A stretch of DNA of 32,000 nucleotides from Telmatocola sphagniphila (GCF_018398935.1 NZ_CP074694.1:3150001-3182000); one strand, 5' to 3'. Numbered from the stretch's first letter, positions 17,345 to 25,882 are shown. Notes: generated by a model from the sequence alone, not told the origin. Translations and numbers: made by a program.

Positions 17345-18115
17345 TTAAAAATGGACGCAACCAGTATGCAGGGGATCGCCGCAGTCGATCTGGCTGCCAT
17401 CCGGGGCGAAGATTTTAGAGAGTTCGTCGCTGTGCAGTACTTCTGACGGCGGCCCCTCCCGAACGATTTTGCCCTTCTTCATGCACAGCACGTGATCGGC
17501 GAATTCCGATACCGTGGGGATATCGTGAGATACCAGCAATACGGAGATTTTTCGCTCTTCGTTGATCTTCTTGATCAATTGATAGAAGGGCTTCATGTCG
17601 ACGAAGTCGATCCCAGCTGCCGGTTCGTCGAGCAGCAGCAATTCGGGTTGCGGATCGAGCGCGAGCGAAAGCAGTACGCGCTGCATTTCCCCGCCGGACA
17701 GTGCGGCCACCGGCCGATCCAGCAACTGGCGGGCTCCCACCCGGTTCAGCAGAACCATCGCTTTATCGATTGTTTGCTTTTGAACCCCGAAGAATAGAGG
17801 TCGCTTTTGCAGGCAAACGGCAAACAATTCCCGAACCGTCAGGGGTATACGGCCATCGCTCAACAGCTTTTGCGGCACGTAGCCAACTAATTCCTGACGA
17901 TGCCGGGAATGATCGTGCCCACAGTTGAATTGAATGTTTCCCGTGTATTCGTACTCGCGAACGATCGCACGCAGCAAAGTCGATTTGCCGCAGCCGTTCA
18001 GGCCTATCAGAGCGGTAACTTTTCCGCGTTGAATGTGCGCGGACACATTCTCCAGGATCCGCTTACCTCCTCGCGAGACGCTCAACCGGTCTATGGTTAC
18101 TAGAGAATCTATCAT
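17345..18115 (-). CDS. znuC: metal (zinc-type) ABC transporter ATP-binding protein
   Basis: Walker A 'GLNGCGKSTLLRA', signature 'LSGGEMQRV', Walker B 'LLLLDEP'. The start overlaps the stop of the upstream substrate-binding gene in ATGA. Cys/His-containing C-terminal tail 'DCGDPLHTGCVHF'. Confidence 0.75.
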   Translation of the reverse strand: MIDSLVTIDRLSVSRGGKRILENVSAHIQRGKVTALIGLNGCGKSTLLRAIVREYEYTGNIQFNCGHDHSRHRQELVGYVPQKLLSDGRIPLTVRELFAVCLQKRPLFFGVQKQTIDKAMVLLNRVGARQLLDRPVAALSGGEMQRVLLSLALDPQPELLLLDEPAAGIDFVDMKPFYQLIKKINEERKISVLLVSHDIPTVSEFADHVLCMKKGKIVREGPPSEVLHSDELSKIFAPDGSQIDCGDPLHTGCVHF

Positions 18116-19059
18116 TTCAGAGCTTTGGCCAGGTTTTCCAGATTTTGTCGCATGACATGGATATAGAGTTCGGGTGTAACTTTCTCAGCCGTCTCGAGGG
18201 TATCAATCTCGACGAACTCGGCCTCAATCCCCTTCTTTTTGAGTTCTTCCCGGATGGTTGTGGCCGCGTTCTTGGCGGTGAACTGCGGTTCGACGGCAAT
18301 CACTCGAATATTCTCCTTAATGCACAAATCGAGCAGTTCGCTCATCTGCTTGGCTCCAGGTTCAACACCCGGTTCCAGTTCAATGACCCCCGCAATTTGA
18401 AGTTGAAAATCCTTCGCGAAGTACTGCAGCGAATCGTGAAAGGAAACGAATTTCCGTTCTTTCTTGTCGTTGAGCAAATTCAGTCCGAAAGCCTTCAGTT
18501 CCGTTAGCTTTTGAACATAATTTGTGCAATTCGCTTCAAAAACGGACGCCTTTTCCGGATTCAGTTCTTTCAGAACGTTACAAATTTCTCGGGCATAAAT
18601 CTCGGCACGGGTCGGGCTCAACCAGAGGTGCGGATCGGTTGGATGCTCGTGTTCTTCTCCGGCGGCGTGTTCGTGATGGCACTCCCCTTCGAGCAGCCAT
18701 TTTTTGTCGATAAGTTTCCCGAGTTCCACGACTTTCCATTTAGGATTGGCCGCGGGTGCCCTCAATTTGCGAACGTAGCTTTCCTGCAATCCCAGACCGT
18801 TGATAAAAATCACGTCGGCTTCCCGGGCCAGCCGAATCTCACGCGAATTGGGATCACCCTCGGAATGCACCCCGGCGGTAGTAGTGATCGAAAGTACTTC
18901 TCCCGCATCGCCGACGATATTCTCGGCCAGGCAAGCCAGCGGGGGGAATCCAGCCAGAACCTTGAGGCCTCTCTGTTCCTTCCAGCCCGAATCCGCAGAG
19001 GAACAACCGCTCAGGCCGATTAACCCCAGACTGCTCAGAAATAGAAAGTATTTCAGCAC
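18112..19059 (-). CDS. znuA: metal ABC transporter substrate-binding lipoprotein (ZnuA/TroA cluster 9) with a His-rich loop
   Basis: Lipobox 'LSGCSS'. 'ECHHEHAAGEEHEHPTDPHLWLSP' is a His/acid-rich loop plus the DPHxW motif. GTG start with GAGGA 7-8 nt upstream. Confidence 0.8.
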   Translation of the reverse strand: MLKYFLFLSSLGLIGLSGCSSADSGWKEQRGLKVLAGFPPLACLAENIVGDAGEVLSITTTAGVHSEGDPNSREIRLAREADVIFINGLGLQESYVRKLRAPAANPKWKVVELGKLIDKKWLLEGECHHEHAAGEEHEHPTDPHLWLSPTRAEIYAREICNVLKELNPEKASVFEANCTNYVQKLTELKAFGLNLLNDKKERKFVSFHDSLQYFAKDFQLQIAGVIELEPGVEPGAKQMSELLDLCIKENIRVIAVEPQFTAKNAATTIREELKKKGIEAEFVEIDTLETAEKVTPELYIHVMRQNLENLAKALK

Positions 19060-19075
19060 GGAAATTCCTCTTATA

Positions 19076-19096
19076 ATACTTTGTAATACGAAGTAT
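19076..19096. promoter_or_regulatory. AT-rich 21-nt inverted repeat, candidate Fur-family (Zur-like) operator of znuAC
   Basis: ATACTTTG-TAATA-CGAAGTAT has 7 of 8 arm pairs complementary. It lies 17-37 nt upstream of the znuA GTG and overlaps a TATTAT-like element on the minus strand. Confidence 0.3.
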
Positions 19097-19229
19097 ACAC
19101 GTTTTGGGTTCGGGATAAAAGGGTGTATTTCCCTATTCGGGTAGCGGCCGAGCGTCGCAGACGGAAGCTAAAGTCATTCGTGAAGAAATCTCAACAAATT
19201 AAGCGGTAATTAATCTGGAATATTCGCAA

Positions 19230-19260
19230 TTCGAAGCGGGGGTGACTCTTCACGTATAAT
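19230..19260 (+). promoter_or_regulatory. candidate sigma-70-type promoter upstream of the HNH gene
   Basis: Perfect TATAAT at 19255-19260. A weak -35 (TTCGAA, 19230-19235) has a 19-nt spacer. This would give a leader of about 110 nt. Confidence 0.3.
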
Positions 19261-19377
19261 TTGTTGGAAACTCCATTTTCAGCCTGTTATGATACCCGCA
19301 GATCGAACCTCGTTCGGCTGGTGAGCATCGATAAAGCAACGATTTGCGTTTCCCCTATAAGGAGAGGCCCGCTGCCT

Positions 19378-20016
19378 ATGAGTGCTGTTTCACAGTCAAC
19401 TGCTCTTGAATCGAGCGTGCTGGTTCTGAACAAGATGTTCATGGCTGTGCATGTTATTTCGGTCCGCCGAGCTTTCTGTCTACTCTGCAAAGATCTGGCG
19501 GAAGTCGTTACCCTCGAAGACGGTTCCTACACCACCTACGACTTCAGTACCTGGCGCGAAGTCAGCGAATTCCGAGCGGCTCATTTCCGCGAGGAAGAAG
19601 ACGATTGGGTGCGTACGGCCTCGATGGAAATTCAGGCTCCGCGGGTCATCCGCCTTTTGGGATACGATCGCGTTCCCAAGCAGACGGTGAAGTTCAACCG
19701 CCGGAACCTGTTTGCTCGCGACCACAATCAGTGTCAGTACTGCGGCAAGAAATTCGTGCTGAGCGAGTTGAGCCTCGACCACGTCATTCCCCGCAGTCAG
19801 GGCGGTAAAACCACCTGGGATAATATCGTTTGCGCCTGCGTGGCCTGCAACGTAAAAAAGGGAGGTCGGACTCCCAAGCAGGCCAATATGACACTGATCC
19901 GCAAACCGGAAAAACCGAAGCGCAGTCCGCTCCTGAGCATCAAGATGAACCAGAGAAAGTACCGCTCCTGGCAGTCGTTCCTCGATAACGCCTACTGGAG
20001 CGTAGAACTCAAATAA
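19378..20016 (+). CDS. HNH endonuclease-domain protein (COG1403-type, with N-terminal 'VLVLN' domain)
   Basis: 'SVLVLNKMFMAVHVISVRRAFCLL' is the N-terminal domain. The HNH core is 'RDHNQCQYCG...LSLDHVIPRSQGGKTTWDNIVCACVACNVKKG'. Confidence 0.8.
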   Translation: MSAVSQSTALESSVLVLNKMFMAVHVISVRRAFCLLCKDLAEVVTLEDGSYTTYDFSTWREVSEFRAAHFREEEDDWVRTASMEIQAPRVIRLLGYDRVPKQTVKFNRRNLFARDHNQCQYCGKKFVLSELSLDHVIPRSQGGKTTWDNIVCACVACNVKKGGRTPKQANMTLIRKPEKPKRSPLLSIKMNQRKYRSWQSFLDNAYWSVELK

Positions 20017-20021
20017 TCCGC

Positions 20022-20050
20022 AAAGCCTCTGGTAAATCCAGAGGCTTTTT
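20022..20050 (+). terminator. rho-independent terminator after the HNH gene
   Basis: AAAGCCTCTGG-TAAAT-CCAGAGGCTTT with a run of five T (20046-20050, three of them inside the right arm), 6 nt after the stop. Confidence 0.8.
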
Positions 20051-20061
20051 GAATTCCGGGT

Positions 20062-20090
20062 TTGCGAACCGGTGTCGGACAACTTATAGT
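20062..20090 (+). promoter_or_regulatory. candidate sigma-70-type promoter of the YegP-like gene
   Basis: TTGCGA (20062-20067), an exact 17-nt spacer, and TATAGT (20085-20090), about 70 nt before the ATG at 20160. Confidence 0.45.
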
Positions 20091-20159
20091 AGAATTCAGG
20101 GACAAGTCTCTGTTGCCATGAGCTCAATCACCCCTCCCTTTTTATAGAGGTCCATTGCG

Positions 20160-20525
20160 ATGAAGAAGATGTTACTCTGCGTCTGCCTGGCTGCCGGAAT
20201 GGTTGGCTTCTCTTTGCCGAACACCGAAGCCATTGCTCAGGCCAAGAAAGACACCAAGACCGAGAAGAAAGCCGGAAAAATTGAAATCAAAGAAGGCAAG
20301 GATGGCAAATTCCGATTTGTGATTCACGATGAAGACGGCGATTTCCTCTGTTTCTCCGCCGGCTTCAAGACTGAAAAAGAAGCCTTCGAAGGCATCGACG
20401 ATCTAAAGCAAGTCTTGGCCAGCACCAAGCCAGTCGTCGTCAAAGGCAAGCATGACCCAGCCGACGAAAAAACCGACCGCAAGGACAAGAAGAAATCGGA
20501 CAAATCCGATAAGAGCGACAAGTAA
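20160..20525 (+). CDS. secreted single-domain YegP/DUF1508-like protein with a Lys/Asp/Ser-rich tail
   Basis: Signal peptide 'MKKMLLCVCLAAGMVGFSLPNTEA'. 'GKFRFVIHDEDGDFLCFSAGFKTEKEAFEGIDDLKQV' matches the DUF1508 pattern. The tail is '...DRKDKKKSDKSDKSDK'. Confidence 0.6.
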   Translation: MKKMLLCVCLAAGMVGFSLPNTEAIAQAKKDTKTEKKAGKIEIKEGKDGKFRFVIHDEDGDFLCFSAGFKTEKEAFEGIDDLKQVLASTKPVVVKGKHDPADEKTDRKDKKKSDKSDKSDK

Positions 20526-20548
20526 GTTGCAGTTTGCCGGATAGACGC

Positions 20549-20593
20549 AAAGAGGACCTCCGCGGCCGATGGCTGCGGAGGTCCTCTTTTTTT
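20549..20593. terminator. strong hairpin terminator between convergent genes (15-bp stem)
   Basis: AAAGAGGACCTCCGC-(11 nt)-GCGGAGGTCCTCTTT. The right arm's terminal TTT continues into four further T (seven T in total, 20587-20593) on the + strand. On the minus strand the mirrored stem's own terminal TTT is followed by GCG, with no further U-tract. It sits between the stops at 20525 (+) and 20621 (-). Confidence 0.85.
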
Positions 20594-20620
20594 ATCGAAA
20601 CCGATATCTCACTTGTTTTC

Positions 20621-22849
20621 CTACAGGCGATCCAGCGAGTCGAACCAACGAACCAGGTCGCGGATCGCCTTATCATCCTCGAAAATATACTGCTTACCGA
20701 TCTCCGCCATTTCGCGCCAGATCACAGGGAATTTCTTCTTCTCCAGTTTCAGCCGGCTTTCCTTAATATCCTTCAGCAACGGATCCTTCTGGCCGGCCGC
20801 TATGAAGAAGCTCAAACGTTGGCTGGGGATTTTATCCTTGGGCTGCGTTCCCAGAACCGCACCGACCGCCGCCACTCCGCGAATTAAGCTTCGTTCCCGG
20901 AAAGCGACGTAAAAGGCCATCTGGCCGCCAACTCCGCTGCCATGCGTGGCAATGCGGGCCCGATCAATGGTGTAGCTGTTGATGGTATTCTGAATGTCCT
21001 GAACGATGTAATCGGTCTCACTGGGGATCCAGCCATCCTTGTTGTGGGTAATCGGCCCGATCATGATAAAGTTGAACTCTTCGCAGACCAGTTTCCAGAT
21101 ATTGGTGATTTCCTTCGCGTCCTTACCGTCCACACCCGCGGGATGCAACCAGACGATTAGCCCATGCGAGATGTTCGGATCATAATTCTCCGGAACGTAG
21201 ACCCAATAATCGTGTCCTTGTTCGGGATTCGACTTTTGAATCAAACCGGTTTCATACTTCTTTTTTTCCTCGGGCTTTTTATCGTCGCCGGGCTTCTTGT
21301 CGTCCTGATGCGGATTATTGCCCGCGCTGGAATTTGCCTGCGGCTTCTTATCCGAATCTTTCGGTTTGGCAGGATCTTTCTCCTTCGGTTTTAGAGGAGT
21401 TTCACCCGGCGCGGGATCCCCAGGGCGGAAAGGATTCCCCGGTCCGAACATCGCGGACTTCGGAATTGGCTTAGGCCGTTCGAGAGCGCGTTTCTTGGAG
21501 GATTCCTGAGGGAATTTCTCCGGCAGCGAATCATTCATCTCGGCCAGCTTAACGGTAATTTTCTCCGTTTTACCCGAGTCTTTCTTTTTCACTTCGAACT
21601 GGAGCGAGGTACCTGCCACGAAACGGCTCATAATCGTCAAAAGTGAATCGCGGCCCGCGAATGGCAACAGATCTTTAATCCCTTCCGGTGCCAGCTTCAT
21701 GAGTCGATCGCCCGCTTTGAGCCCTGCTTTATCCGCCGGGCTATCGGGAAAGACCAGACGAATTTCCACGCCCAGTTCCGGGTCATCCCGCATCGGTAGA
21801 ATTCCTAAAAATCCTTCCGCGAGATCGGTCTGGACACCTCGCAGCACTATCTTGGGGATGTCAATTTCTTGGTCGCCGCGCTTCACCTTGATCGAGATGG
21901 AATCGCCTTCGTAGAGTGGCTTGATGGTATGCAGAAATTGGGCGAGGGTGTTGATCGTTTTCCCATCAACCGACAGCACTTTATCACCCGCTTTGAGCCC
22001 CGCCGCTTCGGCGGCCGATTTGGGAGAAATCGCCGTTAAGGTCGGAGCATCGAGATACTGAGGCGGTTGAGGAGCAGGAATGCCCAGGATCCCCCCGCGC
22101 AGATTCACGGGTTTCTCGGCCGTGCCCGCTTTGAGCTTTGGCAGAACCTTCATGACGTCTTCCAGGGGAATCGCAAAACCAATGCCCGAATCGTACCATT
22201 CGGTCCCGGCCGTATCGGTCTCCTCCCCTTCGGAAGATGCCGGTACCAGTACGCCGTAGACCCGCCCATCCAGAGCCACCAGCGGGCCGCCATAATTATT
22301 TGGAGACACTTTGGCATCGGTTTGAACTGCTTTGCCCCAGATGCGATTTTTGGCACTGATAATCCCGCTGGCAATCGACGGCATCTTATTCACATTCGGC
22401 TCCAGCGTTCGCCCCAGGGCCAAGCTGGTCTGTCCCACTTCAACTTCCGCCTTTGGAAAAGCAGTAGGAACTGCCAGATCTTTCAGATCGATCTTCAGAA
22501 GGGTCAACATCCGGGAAAGGTCATGGGCGACCACTTTGGCGACCGCTTTTCCTTTGCCGGGAACCGTCACGAAAATATCGGTCGGCCTGTTGGTGAAGTT
22601 GAACGAACTGGTGATGATGTAGCCATCCGGATCCACGGCCAGACCCGTAGTCGGTCCGACAACCTTGCGGACTGCGGTGGCCAGCATCACGTCTTGCCCA
22701 CCCGAGGTTTCAATCAGCACCACGCAGGGAGCCACTTTGCTCACAGCTTCGAACGTGGCTTTTTCGTACTGGGCATCCAGACTGGGCGGTTGGGCCGAGG
22801 CGGTTAAAGCCGATATCAGAAGACCGGCAATGGTGAGAATGCGAATCAT
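20621..22849 (-). CDS. secreted trypsin-like (degenerate triad) - PDZ - PDZ - Pro/Lys linker - alpha/beta-hydrolase (esterase-like) fusion protein
   Basis: Signal peptide 'MIRILTIAGLLISALTASA' from the ATG at 22849. HtrA-like text is present, but 'TSSFNF' replaces TNxHV and 'PNNYGGPL' replaces GNSGGPL (Tyr codon at 22292-22294). Two PDZ-like segments ('AAEAAGLKAGDKVLSVDG', 'PADKAGLKAGDRLMKL'). The C-terminal part has 'YWVYVPENYDP..HGLIVWLHPAG' and 'ATHGSGVGGQMA'. Confidence 0.75.
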   Translation of the reverse strand: MIRILTIAGLLISALTASAQPPSLDAQYEKATFEAVSKVAPCVVLIETSGGQDVMLATAVRKVVGPTTGLAVDPDGYIITSSFNFTNRPTDIFVTVPGKGKAVAKVVAHDLSRMLTLLKIDLKDLAVPTAFPKAEVEVGQTSLALGRTLEPNVNKMPSIASGIISAKNRIWGKAVQTDAKVSPNNYGGPLVALDGRVYGVLVPASSEGEETDTAGTEWYDSGIGFAIPLEDVMKVLPKLKAGTAEKPVNLRGGILGIPAPQPPQYLDAPTLTAISPKSAAEAAGLKAGDKVLSVDGKTINTLAQFLHTIKPLYEGDSISIKVKRGDQEIDIPKIVLRGVQTDLAEGFLGILPMRDDPELGVEIRLVFPDSPADKAGLKAGDRLMKLAPEGIKDLLPFAGRDSLLTIMSRFVAGTSLQFEVKKKDSGKTEKITVKLAEMNDSLPEKFPQESSKKRALERPKPIPKSAMFGPGNPFRPGDPAPGETPLKPKEKDPAKPKDSDKKPQANSSAGNNPHQDDKKPGDDKKPEEKKKYETGLIQKSNPEQGHDYWVYVPENYDPNISHGLIVWLHPAGVDGKDAKEITNIWKLVCEEFNFIMIGPITHNKDGWIPSETDYIVQDIQNTINSYTIDRARIATHGSGVGGQMAFYVAFRERSLIRGVAAVGAVLGTQPKDKIPSQRLSFFIAAGQKDPLLKDIKESRLKLEKKKFPVIWREMAEIGKQYIFEDDKAIRDLVRWFDSLDRL

Positions 22850-22931
22850 GGTGTATCCAAATCCATTCAAAATATCAGCAGTAAATCGGTCGTATATCGT
22901 AGCCGGTTCTTCAAACCGCTCCGATCGGGAA

Positions 22932-24008
22932 TTACTTCTTAGGCGTCGTGGTCAATTCCAGCTCAATGGGAATCAATTTTTCGCCGCGACGAACTTCCAG
23001 GCGGATCTTCATGCCCGGTTCGGACTTGGCGATCATCTCCCGGAAGAGTTTGATGTGATAGACCGGCTCTCCTTCGAAGTAGACGATCAGGTCATCCGGC
23101 TTCAGACCGGCTTTAGCGGCCGGTGAGCCGGGTTCCACACCCTCGATATAGGGAGGGGTTTGTTCGACGACGTTCGGTACGAAGATGATGCCGTGGTAGG
23201 CACCGTTCCCGCGTCTTTCCTGACGGGGCGGCGAAGGCTTCCACTTACCTTGCATTCCCAGTTCGACGAACTCCACCAGAGAAATTGTCCGCGGCTTATC
23301 GTCGATTTTTACTTCCAGTTTGCAATTGAGCGGGATGGCATAGTTAGCCCAGGTGTCCGACTGAGAGTTTCGAAATTCCTTGCCCACCATACCGATCAAT
23401 TGGCCATCCTTGGTTACCAGGGCACCGCCGGAGGCTCCCGGATTGTTGGTTATGGCATCGAGGAAAAATACTTCGCCGTGGAAGGGCGCTTCGAAAATCC
23501 CCCGGCGTGCCTGAAGCTTGGAAATCGCGGCAATCACGCCCCGCTGCACCGTCATCGGTTCGTCGCGCATGGCCACCTGGTAGGAGTTGTTAAGACTGAA
23601 GATCATATCTCCTGGCTTCACGTGCATGGCCTTGGCCGAGGCGGGAATGTCGTAAAAGGGCAGATCGAGCTTAAAGGAGGATTTCGCTTCCTGTTGAACC
23701 TGAATAATGGCCGCATCCAACTCGGGTTCGATCACGACGACCCGGGCTTTCATGCGTCGGCCATCCGACAAGTGCACGCGCAGATCGGCCGTGTCGAGTA
23801 ATTGCGTGGCAATAGTCAGAATGTGCCCTTCCGGCGAAATAACGATGCCGGAGCCGTAGTTCACCAGCCCTTGAAAACCACCCGAGCCGAAGATTTTTAC
23901 CATCTTCTGATTGGCTGATTGGAAGGCAGTCGAAAACGAGTCCTGAGCTTTCGCCCCAACAACCGAGCCAGAGAATAAAGCGACTGCCAAAATGTAGCGC
24001 ACGATCAT
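22932..24008 (-). CDS. secreted trypsin-like/PDZ protein lacking the canonical catalytic His
   Basis: The ATG at 24008 lies 1 nt after the upstream gene's stop codon (24010-24012 on the minus strand). Signal peptide 'MIVRYILAVALFSGSVVGAKA'. 'GHILTIATQL' aligns to 'GYALTNAHVV', placing Thr at the His position. 'ELDAAIIQV' and 'NNPGASGGAL' are retained (Ser codon at 23430-23432). C-terminal PDZ 'GSPAAKAGLKPDDLIVYFEG'. Confidence 0.75.
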   Translation of the reverse strand: MIVRYILAVALFSGSVVGAKAQDSFSTAFQSANQKMVKIFGSGGFQGLVNYGSGIVISPEGHILTIATQLLDTADLRVHLSDGRRMKARVVVIEPELDAAIIQVQQEAKSSFKLDLPFYDIPASAKAMHVKPGDMIFSLNNSYQVAMRDEPMTVQRGVIAAISKLQARRGIFEAPFHGEVFFLDAITNNPGASGGALVTKDGQLIGMVGKEFRNSQSDTWANYAIPLNCKLEVKIDDKPRTISLVEFVELGMQGKWKPSPPRQERRGNGAYHGIIFVPNVVEQTPPYIEGVEPGSPAAKAGLKPDDLIVYFEGEPVYHIKLFREMIAKSEPGMKIRLEVRRGEKLIPIELELTTTPKK

Positions 24009-24009
24009 G

Positions 24010-25851
24010 TTATTTCGATGCTTCCGCAAGAGTGTAAGTCAGATTGTTAAGGGTCGCATATTTCCGGTCGCCGAAGCGAACATCCATTCTTCCCGGCAGC
24101 AGTCGACCATCGATCTTTTTGTAGTCGTACAAGGAGATCTCGCAGGGATCCAAATCCTTTGAAATGTAGATTTCAAAACCCACCAGGGCATAATCGGGAT
24201 AGGTCATCTTCCCCGGCGGCAGATTGGGATTCAGGTGGGTCCGATAGAAGTACCACTTGCCGCGTACATCGGCATGTTCGGTACGGATGACCTCGCAAAG
24301 CAGCCTGGTATCGGCGAGCGATTTCGGCTTACTGCCGTCGGCCGGCATCAGATAAAACGGCTCGTACCCGCCGTGAGTAAAGCTCTCCCCTTCGAATCCC
24401 TTCGGCCCGAGAGTCAAGAAGCGGCGATAGTGATAGAGAGCCATCATCAACCCACCGCTGCCCGGCGGTTCCATGCGGTCGACATCGGTTTGCCCCAGTT
24501 TGATCGGTTCCAGAGTGTAATCGGTGTTCAAAGCCGCTTTGACGACCGTTTTTACCTGCTTATCTTTGGGATCCACCACATCGCTCACCGAAGCTTTGAA
24601 ATCGGAGGCCCGGCCTTCCCGATCGGCGAAGCCGTTGATGGTCCAGTTTCCGGTGAGCTTACTGAAATCGCCGTGGGCTTTGATAGCCTCCAGCAATCGA
24701 TCGCGAGAGACTTCATTGAAGTAGTAGTTGGCATAGCCTTTTCGCTCTTTCAATAGTTTCTGAACTTCCGCGGGAGGCTTTGGTCCCTGGGGCATTGGCC
24801 CCTTGGGCTGGGGAGTTCCTTCCTTGGGCTCGTTGACGACTTTCGGCTGATAACCCATCAATCGAACCAGCATCTCCTTGTTTTCGTTGCCGCGTCGAAT
24901 AGTCATCGGTACGCGCCATTCGGAGGGGAAAATGCCGAGGATATTCTTGTACTGATTCACCGTGGTTACCGGTCGGCCGGCAAAAGACAGTAGCACATCG
25001 TTCTCGGCTAGACCGCGGCGATGCGCGTCGGACTCGTCCAGTACTTCTTTCACAGTGATCTGATCCAGGTCCGTCTCATCGCTGGTGGTCTCGATCCGCG
25101 CCCCGAGGGTGGCATGATCGGTCTCAATCCCGGCATAGAAATGGCCGAGGAAATTTTTTATCTGATTGATCGAGATGGCATAACCATGCCCGGAGTTGAT
25201 ACGCACGCGTTTTTCCATCGCGAACATAATTCGGCCGTTGATGCCGACCACTTCCCCATTCATGTTGAAAAGCGGGCCTCCCGAGTTGCCGGGATTGATG
25301 GAGGTGTCGGTCTGAATGCAATCGGTATATTCCAGGAAGCCCCCGGAAGGATGCTGATAACGATTCACGCCCGAAATCAGACCAAAGGTAACAGTCGGGT
25401 TGAAATCGGTTGCGAGAACGAACGGATTGCCCATGGCTAAAGACCAGTCGCCCGGCTTCACCTTGTCGCTATCGCCCAGAGGCGCGAACGGGAACTTGTC
25501 CCCCGGCTTTTTTGGCAGAAGTTTGATGAGGGCCACATCGCCGACTTTATCGATCCCTACCAGCACGGCCTGATACAAAACGCCGTCCGAAAGTCCGCAT
25601 CGCATGGCCGGGCCGGTCGGTTGCACGACGTGAGCGTTGGTGAGGGCATAGCCTTCTTGATCAATCAATACCCCGGAACCGCCGCCCCAACCCTGCAGGC
25701 CGAAGATAGAGACCACGGCCGGTTTGACCTTATTGATCACGGCAATCCGTTTGGCTTCAGCTTCCTTCAGGGACTCGGCCTGGGAGGGAAAACTCGATAG
25801 CCCGACGGTGCAGAAGGCCGCCAGCAGAAAACAGAACGAGTATTTCTTCAT
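24010..25851 (-). CDS. secreted HtrA/DegP-like serine protease (intact triad) with PDZ and an uncharacterised C-terminal domain of about 250 aa
   Basis: Signal peptide 'MKKYSFCFLLAAFCTVGLSSFPSQA'. 'TNAHVV' (His codon at 25630-25632), 'GDVALIKL', and 'INPGNSGGPLF' (Ser codon at 25282-25284). PDZ-like segment 'VLDESDAHRRGLAENDVLLSFAG'. Confidence 0.85.
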   Translation of the reverse strand: MKKYSFCFLLAAFCTVGLSSFPSQAESLKEAEAKRIAVINKVKPAVVSIFGLQGWGGGSGVLIDQEGYALTNAHVVQPTGPAMRCGLSDGVLYQAVLVGIDKVGDVALIKLLPKKPGDKFPFAPLGDSDKVKPGDWSLAMGNPFVLATDFNPTVTFGLISGVNRYQHPSGGFLEYTDCIQTDTSINPGNSGGPLFNMNGEVVGINGRIMFAMEKRVRINSGHGYAISINQIKNFLGHFYAGIETDHATLGARIETTSDETDLDQITVKEVLDESDAHRRGLAENDVLLSFAGRPVTTVNQYKNILGIFPSEWRVPMTIRRGNENKEMLVRLMGYQPKVVNEPKEGTPQPKGPMPQGPKPPAEVQKLLKERKGYANYYFNEVSRDRLLEAIKAHGDFSKLTGNWTINGFADREGRASDFKASVSDVVDPKDKQVKTVVKAALNTDYTLEPIKLGQTDVDRMEPPGSGGLMMALYHYRRFLTLGPKGFEGESFTHGGYEPFYLMPADGSKPKSLADTRLLCEVIRTEHADVRGKWYFYRTHLNPNLPPGKMTYPDYALVGFEIYISKDLDPCEISLYDYKKIDGRLLPGRMDVRFGDRKYATLNNLTYTLAEASK

Positions 25852-25882
25852 AATGTCCGTCAACGGAGAAATTGTTGCTGTG

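Noticed and set aside
2692-25863. N-terminal extensions from TTG/GTG starts in the ORF track (2692, 3960, 9594, 13915, 19261, 22870, 24029, 25863).
   Set aside because: Internal ATG codons give proper signal peptides or lipoboxes, or family-typical N-termini. They often have SD-like sequences and remove overlaps with upstream genes.
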